IMG/VR virus record: IMGVR_UViG_3300034071_001657
DNA length: 64,000 nt
Direction: 5' to 3' (one strand)
Origin: a virus
Part shown: positions 46,899 through 55,958 of the stretch, one piece after another
Position numbering within the stretch: position 1 is the stretch's first letter
Layout of the letters: each line of letters opens with the position of its first letter
Program-made: the position numbers and the translations under genes
Notes under the pieces: model-generated
Database searches by the model: none
What the model was told of the DNA's origin: nothing
The model's input: the letters and a program-made list of their open reading frames with translations, nothing else

Positions 46899-47705
46899 TC
46901 AATCATTTGCAAGCAATAATATGTCTCTGTATTCTGTTGTGTTCATTATATTTTTTGTTAAGGTTAACAAATCAAAGAAATTTAAAGGTTGCAATTTATA
47001 TGTTGGATTATTAATATCTATTTTCTCAATCATGAATGGTGAATATTTATTTCTATCGATAAAAGAGAAAATATCAAATACTGAAAATCCACACTGTGCA
47101 ATTTGAGATGGTGAATATTCTAGTATAATATTGGGTCTGTTGTTTTCAAAAAATTTTGACCCTCCGTTTAATACTCTACATTCAGAACCTTCAACATCAA
47201 TTTTTATTAAGCTTATTTTTTTCGTGTCAATATTATGTATTTCACAAAATCGATCTATAGTTGAAACTTTAACTTGACAATGGCTGTTATGAATTTCTGG
47301 ATTACAAAACTTAGGATTCAACATATGATTTCCAAAGTTTTGTTTCGAACTGTATAATTCTCCAACGTATTCTGATTCCGCTAATGCTAGTTTAACTGCC
47401 GTAACATTATTTAAATTGTTTAATTTTATATTATTTTTTAGAACCTCAAAGTTTTTATTATCTGGTTCAAATGAAAATACTTTTCCATTTTCTCCTACAA
47501 TCAAACTTGCAAAAACAGTTTGCCATCCTATATTAGCACCAATATCTAAAAAATAGTCACCTTTTCTCATAAGATAATTATATGCGTTTATTGCCTCCAT
47601 GTCAATATTACAGCCATAATTTCTTATGATATTTGATGTTAATTCGTTATCATCATGAATTTCAAATATGAATTCGTGGCCAAGCAGATTATAATTTTTT
47701 ATCAT
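46899..47705 (-). CDS. FkbM-family methyltransferase
   Basis: DIGANIG, FEP, KIDVEGSE. Confidence 0.9.
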   Translation of the reverse strand: MIKNYNLLGHEFIFEIHDDNELTSNIIRNYGCNIDMEAINAYNYLMRKGDYFLDIGANIGWQTVFASLIVGENGKVFSFEPDNKNFEVLKNNIKLNNLNNVTAVKLALAESEYVGELYSSKQNFGNHMLNPKFCNPEIHNSHCQVKVSTIDRFCEIHNIDTKKISLIKIDVEGSECRVLNGGSKFFENNRPNIILEYSPSQIAQCGFSVFDIFSFIDRNKYSPFMIEKIDINNPTYKLQPLNFFDLLTLTKNIMNTTEYRDILLLAND

Positions 47706-49071
47706 GTTCTTCTATCAATTTTTCAACTAATTTAGAAACTTCTTCCAGGGGTTCTTTCCATGAACGAACTTTTGTTTGTCTAGAAACGTAAAAATTATCT
47801 CCATACCAAGGAGATGTTCCATCACGTTTTGATGTTGTCCAAATATAATATTCAGCTATAGGAACCATAACAAACGTTCGTTTCCCCATAGCACCAGCGG
47901 CATGCACAATGCTAGTGCAAGAAGAAACAATACAATCCATCTGATCTATTAAATCGAGAGTATCTTCCCAAGATTTTATTCGATCCGATAAATCTATTAA
48001 TCTAGAACTTTCGTATTGACAAGGTTTTTTGTCGAAGAAATATAATTCACAATTTTCTGGTAACGCATCAACCATAAGTTCTATGGGTATTTTTCTGTAT
48101 TCATCTTGTGCGAAATATGGATTACCAGAATTTTTAATACCTATTTTGAATTTTTTATTTTCTGGCAATTTATTTTTTTCTTGTCTCAATGGTAAAATAT
48201 ATGGTCCATTCCAAAGTTGGGCTTCTGTCAATCCCATTTCTCCTGGCAATCCCATAAGAGGCGTCCAATAATTTTTTTCATCTATTAAAATTTTGTCAGT
48301 CAATACATCAAAACCATTTCTAATTAAGACCTGATTGATGTCTCGATAATACTCACTATCATTTGATACTAAAATAGGATTCATACCATAAGATTTTAGT
48401 CTTTCAAAAAATCTTATATTAATGATTACGTCGCCATAACCCCCCTCTGCGTCAACATATAGAGTTTGTCCAGGATGAATAATTCCATCCCATTTTTTAT
48501 TTTTACTTTTTGTATCTAAAAAATATTTGTCGGGATGAAATTTTCCTATAAAAGACAGAATACCCTCTGCCAAATTACCTTCACGAAGAAGTTTTCCAGA
48601 AAATGCTGATTTTAGTTTTGTGGCATTTTCTGGATATTTCTCTAACATGTCTAATAATATTTTTTCGGCAACATCTTTTTGACCCATCAACGAAAGATTG
48701 GAAGACTTTAAACAATTTAGTTCAAAATCGTCTGGATTATATTGCAAATTTTGTTCCAAATAAAAAAGTGCTTTTTCTGGCATATTCATTGTATTATATG
48801 CTTTTATTAGATTTAATCTAGCAACATATAACTGATCGAAATCTTTCGCTAAACTGTATACATACTCTGCACATTTAAGATATGTGTCGCGTTTGTCAGA
48901 TTTTAATGACAAATATCCTATTGTATCATACTCTATTAAATTTGATGCGGTAGAAAAGTAATGATCAATAATATTCCAGGCCAAATCTCTTCTGTTTGCT
49001 CTTATTAAATCCATTACCATCGATTTAATAAATTCTGGATTTACGGGTAAAGGTTTACTTTCATCAGTCAT
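47689..49071 (-). CDS. TPR-like N-terminus plus GT9-like (heptosyltransferase-fold) glycosyltransferase
   Basis: WDG, EGGYGDVI, DT...D.IVSSCTSIVHAAGAMG, SPWY. Confidence 0.78.
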   Translation of the reverse strand: MTDESKPLPVNPEFIKSMVMDLIRANRRDLAWNIIDHYFSTASNLIEYDTIGYLSLKSDKRDTYLKCAEYVYSLAKDFDQLYVARLNLIKAYNTMNMPEKALFYLEQNLQYNPDDFELNCLKSSNLSLMGQKDVAEKILLDMLEKYPENATKLKSAFSGKLLREGNLAEGILSFIGKFHPDKYFLDTKSKNKKWDGIIHPGQTLYVDAEGGYGDVIINIRFFERLKSYGMNPILVSNDSEYYRDINQVLIRNGFDVLTDKILIDEKNYWTPLMGLPGEMGLTEAQLWNGPYILPLRQEKNKLPENKKFKIGIKNSGNPYFAQDEYRKIPIELMVDALPENCELYFFDKKPCQYESSRLIDLSDRIKSWEDTLDLIDQMDCIVSSCTSIVHAAGAMGKRTFVMVPIAEYYIWTTSKRDGTSPWYGDNFYVSRQTKVRSWKEPLEEVSKLVEKLIEEHDKKL

Positions 49072-49621
49072 TTTTCAAAACAACCAATTTTATATGAATT
49101 TCACTGATGAGATTGTTATGATGTTCAGCATATTTTTGTATGTCTTGATAGGGAGATATTCCTTGAGATTGTAAAAAATTTAATTCGTGCGTATCCGGAA
49201 TATATTCAAAATCTACAATTTCAAAATCAACTTCGTAATATTCACCAAGCCTAGAAGCAGGTTCTTTATTTTTTCTACACAATTCATTAAATTTTTTACT
49301 GAATAATTTAAAAGTCATCGGTGTTATTGGTCTACGATGAGTTGGATCGGCCAAAAATGATTCGTGTCTTGGATGAGGAACTCTGATATCGATTATTGCG
49401 CCATGTTCACAGATACGGTGTAATTCTTTAATACAGTGAAAAAATCCTTCACCCAAGTGTTCAAATATGTGATGCGCCTTCACAACTTTTACAGAAGAAT
49501 CTGTAAAAGGCAATATATCAGTTTCTAAATTTAGAATGTGGGTTGGATTGGTTTTTGGATCAATATCAATAGTGATATAATCATTTTCAGGAGTATCCCC
49601 TGCACCTATACTTATTTTCAT
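49064..49621 (-). CDS. Class I SAM-dependent methyltransferase
   Basis: IGAG, LPF, HIFEHL, ELHRIC, DPTH. Confidence 0.8.
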   Translation of the reverse strand: MKISIGAGDTPENDYITIDIDPKTNPTHILNLETDILPFTDSSVKVVKAHHIFEHLGEGFFHCIKELHRICEHGAIIDIRVPHPRHESFLADPTHRRPITPMTFKLFSKKFNELCRKNKEPASRLGEYYEVDFEIVDFEYIPDTHELNFLQSQGISPYQDIQKYAEHHNNLISEIHIKLVVLKND

Positions 49622-49646
49622 AGATCACCTTAAATATTAAAATATT

Positions 49647-49675
49647 ATTATAGCAAATAAAATTTGGTAAATCAA
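49647..49675 (-). promoter_or_regulatory. Sigma70-type promoter heading the modification operon
   Basis: TTGATT-17-TATAAT with TGn. Confidence 0.7.
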
Positions 49676-49687
49676 TTTTTGAATAGT

Positions 49688-50995
49688 TTATCCTGTGCGA
49701 TTGCGACCTGGTTGTGTCCTGAGTCCTGCCGCGTGACTATTTCCTGCTGAAATTTGCACCCAATCGGTAAAGCCTCCAACAATAGATGTCGGACTAACTC
49801 GATAATTAGTATCGCCAATACCTAAACGCCCGTAAGGATTAGACCCCCAAGCCCATGCTGTGCCATTTGATCTTATGCCCATTGAAGTCGTAAACCCTGC
49901 TGTCAGTTGAACCCAATTAGTAAAGCCTCCCGCAACGGCGACAGTATTAGAACGATTAGTCATTGTCCCATCACCCAACCTACCTTCACTATTATTACCC
50001 CAGGAACGTGCCGTACCGTTTGCACGTAATCCTAATGAGTGATATCCTCCAGCCGCTACTTGAACCCAATCAGTAATTCCACCAATAAGAGAAACTGGGC
50101 TTGATCTATAGACTGTAGTATAATCGGCAAGTTGTCCTGAATTGTTGCGACCCCATGACCAAGCTAAACCGTTGCTTCTAACTCCTAATGTATGAAACCA
50201 TCCGGCAGAAACCTGTGTCCAATCACTAAATCCCCCCAAGACAGAGACAGGGCTTGATGTGTTGTAAAACGTATTATTACCGAGTTGACCAAATTGGTTA
50301 AATCCCCATGTCCATGCTGTACCATTTGCACGAACACCAACCGAATGAAATCTTCCTCCAGCAACTTGTTTCCAATCGGTAAATCCTCCTACGACGGAGG
50401 TGGGGCTTGATCTATCATTTGTATAATTGATTCCTAGCTGTCCTCGGCCATTATATCCCCACGCCCAGGCTTGACCGTTAGCTCTAATTCCTATAGTGTG
50501 TCCTAGAAAACTATTACTAACAAAAACCCAATCTGTAAAACCTCCTACAACAGATACTGGACTGGATCTACTAGTTCCTGCCCCGCTCAAATTTATTCCG
50601 AGTGCTCCATAACTATTTGTTCCCCAAGACCATGCGGTACCGTTTGCTCTAAGGCCGATAGAAAAATTTGCCGAAGCTGAAATTTGCACCCAATCGGTAA
50701 AACCTCCGACTATTGAAACAGGACTAGACCTTGGAATTACAGTGCCGTCTCCTATTGTTCCTGAAGAGGAAACTATTTGACCCCAAGACCAAGCCGATGG
50801 CGTAGCAACAGTGCTACTTATAGATTCTCTCCAAGCAGCACCGTCCCAGACTATTAACTTATTTAATGTGGTATCAAAAAATAATTGTCCAGGAACCCTA
50901 CTACCCTCCGTAGGTCTTGATGCCGTGGCTCCTGTAGTAAGTTGAACAATCCTGTCTGATGTTATGACAGTGGTGCCGCCTACACTAAAAGTCAT
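49688..50995 (-). CDS. RCC1/BLIP-II seven-repeat beta-propeller protein
   Basis: Repeats of RSSPVSVVGGFTDW.Q.SAG..H....R.NGTAW.WG.N..G.LG; N-terminal G.LFFDTT...VWDG..W module. Confidence 0.9.
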   Translation of the reverse strand: MTFSVGGTTVITSDRIVQLTTGATASRPTEGSRVPGQLFFDTTLNKLIVWDGAAWRESISSTVATPSAWSWGQIVSSSGTIGDGTVIPRSSPVSIVGGFTDWVQISASANFSIGLRANGTAWSWGTNSYGALGINLSGAGTSRSSPVSVVGGFTDWVFVSNSFLGHTIGIRANGQAWAWGYNGRGQLGINYTNDRSSPTSVVGGFTDWKQVAGGRFHSVGVRANGTAWTWGFNQFGQLGNNTFYNTSSPVSVLGGFSDWTQVSAGWFHTLGVRSNGLAWSWGRNNSGQLADYTTVYRSSPVSLIGGITDWVQVAAGGYHSLGLRANGTARSWGNNSEGRLGDGTMTNRSNTVAVAGGFTNWVQLTAGFTTSMGIRSNGTAWAWGSNPYGRLGIGDTNYRVSPTSIVGGFTDWVQISAGNSHAAGLRTQPGRNRTG

Positions 50996-51654
50996 TCTGT
51001 GTTCCCGTTAGGTTTTTTATAAATGTCTTCTATGGCCAATAAATCATCTATAGATTGAGCAGAATTTATTGCATTATTTAATTCTAGTTCATAGTTAAAT
51101 GTAGATTGTACATGATTATGTATCGCTTGTACAATAGATAACATTTGTTGTTTATTTAAGTTTACCCAATCGCCGTTATTAAATTTCCAATTGATAATTT
51201 CATCATCATTCATGACTAATAATCTATCAGAATATTTAGTTCTATCATCTCGATTGGTGCTGAAGAATCTTTCAACTCCGTTAATCTCCAAATTAAAGCC
51301 AGAAATTTCTTTTTTGTATCTTAAGTCTGCTGCCACTTCTCTATGTTTTATTTTTGCATCTTCTAAACTATAATAGACAACTTCGTAATGTGCAATTACT
51401 TTATTTTCTAAAAATTCCCAAGTTGGTCCATAATACATTTGAGTTAATACGTTTGTAATTGGAGGCCTATCTTCTTCGGCAGGGTATATGATGATATCAT
51501 CATTCACAATAAATGGAAATGACTCCGATAACGGTTCATCATACGGAATTTCAATGTTGACACGATATCTTACTCTGAAAACATCTTGAATGTATTTGTT
51601 ATTCCAAGGTATAATTCCCAAAACAACCATATTTTTATATTTTACAGCATACAT
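50992..51654 (-). CDS. DUF4376-like tail-fibre-associated protein
   Basis: RYKKEISG...INWKF...HVQSTF.YE...INSA C-terminal pattern. Confidence 0.6.
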   Translation of the reverse strand: MYAVKYKNMVVLGIIPWNNKYIQDVFRVRYRVNIEIPYDEPLSESFPFIVNDDIIIYPAEEDRPPITNVLTQMYYGPTWEFLENKVIAHYEVVYYSLEDAKIKHREVAADLRYKKEISGFNLEINGVERFFSTNRDDRTKYSDRLLVMNDDEIINWKFNNGDWVNLNKQQMLSIVQAIHNHVQSTFNYELELNNAINSAQSIDDLLAIEDIYKKPNGNTE

Positions 51655-51671
51655 TTATTTTTCTCCAAAAA

Positions 51672-52946
51672 TTAAACAGCACGAATCGCATGTGTGGCAT
51701 ATCCTGCCGAAATAAAATCCCAATCTGTAATTCCACCAACAACAGATACTGGACTCGATCTTTGTGCGGTTGTTCCATCACCTAATCTGCCAGTAGAAAA
51801 TCCATTATATCCCCAAGTCCAGGCTGTACCATTTGAACGTAAACCCACCATATGGGTGTCCCCACACGAAATTTGAGTCCAGTCTGCAAAACCGCCGACG
51901 ATAGATACTGGACTTGATCTACTAGTTCCTGCTCCGCTCAAATTTATTCCGAGTTGGCCGTACTGATTGCTACCCCAAGTCCATGCAGTGCCATTTGCTC
52001 GAAGACCAGCAGTATTTTGCCAGCCTGCACTAATAAGTGTCCAATCTGTCCACCCTCCAACAACAGATACTGGACTCGCCCTTTGAGTAACAGAGTTATC
52101 TCCTAATCTTCCATTTGCATTGTTTCCCCAAGCCCAGGCTGTACCATTTGCACGAACACCAGTGCTATGTCTAACACCGGCCGAAACTTGTATCCAATTT
52201 GTAAATCCTCCAGCAACTGAGACGGGACTCGATCTATTTGTACCAACACCCTCTCCTAATCGACTATATCCCCCATCTAGCCCCCAAGCCCAGGCTGTAC
52301 CGTTTGACCTAACTGCTAATGTATGGTATGCAGAAGCGGAAATGTTTGTCCAAGTAAAGCCTCCTAAAACAGAAACTGGACTTGATCTATGAACGATTCC
52401 TGCAACACCGTTTCCGAGTGCTCCAAAATTGGCTCGGCCCCAACACCATGCTGAGCCATCGGCACGTAGTGCTGCGCTGTGATACTGTCCATTTGAAACT
52501 TGTATCCAATCTGTAAAACCTCCAATAACAGAAACAGGACTTGACATAGATAATGTCGTAGAAGTGTTATTTCCTAGATTACCATATTGATTCCATCCCC
52601 AAGACCATGCTGTACCATTAGCTCGAATTCCCGTCGTGTGTCGTAATCCTGAAGAAATAGTTACCCAGTCTGTAAAACCTCCAATAACAGAAACAGGACT
52701 AGTCGTTCCAGTACCAGTTCCAGTTCCTAAGCCGCCAGTTGAATTATCACCCCAAGTCCATAATGCGGCCGCACTTGCTGTTGATGTTATAGAGACCCAT
52801 GCAGTTCCATTATAAACTTCAAATTGACTCAAAGAGGAATTAAACCGAATCATTCCTGTGACAGGAGAACCAGGAGTTGCTGTGCCCAAGGTGAACTCCC
52901 TAGTTAATAAATTTATAACTGTTGTGCCATTAACTGAAATTGTCAT
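51672..52946 (-). CDS. RCC1/BLIP-II seven-repeat beta-propeller protein
   Basis: Same repeat; N-terminal GMIRFNS...FEVYNGTAW. Confidence 0.9.
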   Translation of the reverse strand: MTISVNGTTVINLLTREFTLGTATPGSPVTGMIRFNSSLSQFEVYNGTAWVSITSTASAAALWTWGDNSTGGLGTGTGTGTTSPVSVIGGFTDWVTISSGLRHTTGIRANGTAWSWGWNQYGNLGNNTSTTLSMSSPVSVIGGFTDWIQVSNGQYHSAALRADGSAWCWGRANFGALGNGVAGIVHRSSPVSVLGGFTWTNISASAYHTLAVRSNGTAWAWGLDGGYSRLGEGVGTNRSSPVSVAGGFTNWIQVSAGVRHSTGVRANGTAWAWGNNANGRLGDNSVTQRASPVSVVGGWTDWTLISAGWQNTAGLRANGTAWTWGSNQYGQLGINLSGAGTSRSSPVSIVGGFADWTQISCGDTHMVGLRSNGTAWTWGYNGFSTGRLGDGTTAQRSSPVSVVGGITDWDFISAGYATHAIRAV

Positions 52947-52960
52947 CTTTTTTCAACCAA

Positions 52961-54211
52961 TTAAGTAGAACCTCTAATTGCTGCTGAATTATTATATGCT
53001 GAAATTTGCACCCAACTAGTAACCGCTCCTACAACCGATGACGGGCTTGATCTATAAATTGTTGTTCCGTCACCTATGTTGCCTTGTCCATTATAACCCC
53101 AGCCCCATGATGTACCATTTGAACGAATAGCCATAGTATGAGCTTGCCCTGCGTCAATTTGTATCCAGTCGGTAAATCCTCCAACTACTGAAACAGGGCT
53201 AGACCTTGGAACTACAGTGTTGTCTCCAAGTCTTCCTAAGCTATTTTGTCCCCAACACCAAGCTGTACCATTTGCACGAATAGCAGTAGTATGAAAAGCT
53301 GAAGCAGAAATTTGTATCCAGTCGGTAAATCCTCCAACTACTGAAACAGGGCTACTTTTATTTATTACAGTGCTGTCTCCAATCTGTCCCCAATTATTTC
53401 TACCCCAACACCAAGCCGTACCATTTGCACGAATAGCAGCAGCGCCCTGGCCACCGGCCGATATGTGTGTCCAATCAGTAAACCCGCCTACTACAGATAC
53501 AGGACTACTTCTATTAGTTATCGCAATATTACCCAGTCTTCCGTATTGACCATAGCCCCATGACCATATAGTTCCATTCGTTCGTCGGGCAAGAGTAAAA
53601 CTACTTCCACCTGAAATCTCGATCCAATCAGTAAACCCACCTACCACTGAAACAGGACTCGATCTATTGATAGTATTATTGTCTCCAATTTCTCCAAAAA
53701 TACCTTCCCCCCAACACCAAGCTGTACCATTTGCACGAATAGCGGGACTATGAAAACTGCCTCCACTGATTTGCGCCCAATCAGTGAATCCACCTACCAC
53801 CGAAACAGGACTCGATCTATCTACTGCAAAACCGTTGCCTAATTGTCCAGCAAAATTCGAACCCCATGCTAGTGCTGTGCCATTATCTCTAATGGCTACA
53901 TTATGAGAATAACCAGGTGAAATTTGTATCCAATCAGTGAATCCGCCCAATACGGATACCGGACTTGATTGATTCGCCGCTGAACTGTTCCCTAATCGTC
54001 CTGAAGAGCCGAATCCCCATGTCCATGCGTTACCTGATCCACTAGAAGTTAAATCAACCCACGCAGAACCATTCCATCCTTGAACTATCCTTTTATTTTC
54101 ATTAAAAAAAACTGTTCCTGTAGTTGGAGTGCCTGGAATTAGAGATGATTGTCCTAATATAACGTTTCTATTTCCGTCGATAACTAAATTGGATCCTACC
54201 CTGATTGTCAT
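52961..54211 (-). CDS. RCC1/BLIP-II seven-repeat beta-propeller protein
   Basis: Same repeat; N-terminal GTVFFN...GWNGSAW. Confidence 0.9.
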   Translation of the reverse strand: MTIRVGSNLVIDGNRNVILGQSSLIPGTPTTGTVFFNENKRIVQGWNGSAWVDLTSSGSGNAWTWGFGSSGRLGNSSAANQSSPVSVLGGFTDWIQISPGYSHNVAIRDNGTALAWGSNFAGQLGNGFAVDRSSPVSVVGGFTDWAQISGGSFHSPAIRANGTAWCWGEGIFGEIGDNNTINRSSPVSVVGGFTDWIEISGGSSFTLARRTNGTIWSWGYGQYGRLGNIAITNRSSPVSVVGGFTDWTHISAGGQGAAAIRANGTAWCWGRNNWGQIGDSTVINKSSPVSVVGGFTDWIQISASAFHTTAIRANGTAWCWGQNSLGRLGDNTVVPRSSPVSVVGGFTDWIQIDAGQAHTMAIRSNGTSWGWGYNGQGNIGDGTTIYRSSPSSVVGAVTSWVQISAYNNSAAIRGST

Positions 54212-54255
54212 ATTTTATTCTTTCCGGTTTTAGTAAAAATACTAAGATTACCTTT

Positions 54256-55947
54256 TTATTCTTTTTTATTTGTTTCGAGGGTGGTTATTCTATCAGAAAG
54301 TTCTTTGATAGACTCAACCAAATATCCGATTAATCCAGAATAATTCAAGGTTTTCATTTCATTGCCGTCTTTAGTTTCTGTAGTATCAACTAAATGTGGT
54401 AATATTTTTTCTACCCACTGAGCAATTAAACCTGATGATTTTTTATCATTGTCTAGCCATTCAAATTCTACACCATCGAGCAATTTAATTAAGTCTGTCG
54501 CATTATTTATTTTAGTAATATTCTTTTTATGTCTTTCATCTGAAAGTGAATTCAATACCGTTGCGCTGAAAGTTCCAGTAGAGGGATTGAAAGTTAATTT
54601 AGTCGAACTTACGCCAACGGTAGTTGCTGTTCCAGATGTTGCGTCTTCCCAAAGAGGGTATCTAGTAGCGTTGGTTGAAGTGTCATCTGAGATCGTGGCG
54701 CCCGCACTGATGCCAGTTAATTGACTTCCATCACCATAGAATCTAGTTGCATATAAGTAGCCACCATAGTTTAATCTAGTTGTTGCAGAAGGATTCGTTG
54801 TTCCGCCGTCAAATTGTCCAGATGTAGCAGTAGTACCATTGTATTCGACGAATGATGATGAAGTTGAGCCGGCAGTTACACCACGATCACCAGGAAGTGT
54901 TCCTGATGTAATATTAGTGGCACTGGTTGTGTCAGTGGTTGCTGATGTTGCAAGACCAGAAATTTTGCTCGTCGCAATAGCAGCACCAGTTGCAATATCA
55001 GCATTGACAATTGAACCAGTTAAACTCAACTTACTGTATGCAATAGCAGCACTTGCAGAAATATCACCATTTACAATAGTTGCATCAGCAATCATCGTGC
55101 TAGTGACGGTGCCACTATCCGCAGTGGTAATTACAGTTCCATTTACCGCTGGCAATGTGATTGTTGTACTTCCTGCCGCAGCACTGGCTTGAAGAACCGT
55201 CGTGCCGCTTGTTGAACCTCTAAATTTAATTGTGTTAGCTAGAACTGCACCATTGACTTGAAGCTTGCTTGTGCTATCGAAATCTGTGTTTGTGCCAACT
55301 AATATTCTACCACTGTACTCTGCAAGTCTGATTTGTCCAGTGTCATAAACTTCAATGCTTGGTATACCAGAAACATCATTAACGGAATATATCACTCCGG
55401 TCATCGAATCCGTCACGGAGAATAACTGTCCAGTGCTACCTTCAAAGGATAGAGTGCCTAAGCTGCTTGTGCTCTCCATTAAAACATTAATTGTATTTGT
55501 GCCATTGCTGCTTAAAAACTCTAACTCTTTGACAACACGTAATGATGCACCTGCGCCGCTGTTGTTTGCGGTAAGCATCGGGCTTGCCGATGAACCGCTA
55601 AAAGACGATGCTACAGTTGTTGTTGCGCCTCTTGCAGTTACTGTGGCTAGTGTATCAGATTCTGAAGTTAAAAATCCTGATACTGTTCCCGTTGCGACAG
55701 AAGCTGCGGTAACGTGTCCAAAAGTATCGAATGTAAAACTGATGTCCTGTATAAAAGTGGTTCCACCGCTATTATCGCTGGAGATATTACCAACGCTTGA
55801 AGTATCCGCGTGAGAAACTGTAGCAGTTGACCCCTCACCGGCAGTGTGAGATACAGAGATTCCAGACCCAGAGCCAGCCACGTCGGCTACATAATTGCCA
55901 TCTGTCTGTGTTCCTAGAACTATTGGGCCGGAAATTAGTAATGCCAT
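54256..55947 (-). CDS. Tail fibre with C-terminal intramolecular chaperone (peptidase S74)
   Basis: S/T/G-rich; FDTFGHVT; GDGSQLTGI; SDERHKKNI...GLIAQ...LNYSGLIGYLVESIKEL. Confidence 0.88.
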   Translation of the reverse strand: MALLISGPIVLGTQTDGNYVADVAGSGSGISVSHTAGEGSTATVSHADTSSVGNISSDNSGGTTFIQDISFTFDTFGHVTAASVATGTVSGFLTSESDTLATVTARGATTTVASSFSGSSASPMLTANNSGAGASLRVVKELEFLSSNGTNTINVLMESTSSLGTLSFEGSTGQLFSVTDSMTGVIYSVNDVSGIPSIEVYDTGQIRLAEYSGRILVGTNTDFDSTSKLQVNGAVLANTIKFRGSTSGTTVLQASAAAGSTTITLPAVNGTVITTADSGTVTSTMIADATIVNGDISASAAIAYSKLSLTGSIVNADIATGAAIATSKISGLATSATTDTTSATNITSGTLPGDRGVTAGSTSSSFVEYNGTTATSGQFDGGTTNPSATTRLNYGGYLYATRFYGDGSQLTGISAGATISDDTSTNATRYPLWEDATSGTATTVGVSSTKLTFNPSTGTFSATVLNSLSDERHKKNITKINNATDLIKLLDGVEFEWLDNDKKSSGLIAQWVEKILPHLVDTTETKDGNEMKTLNYSGLIGYLVESIKELSDRITTLETNKKE

Positions 55948-55958
55948 TCTACTCTCCC

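Noticed and set aside
49688-54211. RCC1 repeats as a CRISPR array or diversity-generating retroelement
   Set aside because: The repeats are in-frame coding units with synonymous variation; no reverse transcriptase, cas gene or adenine-specific template/variable pair was seen in the window
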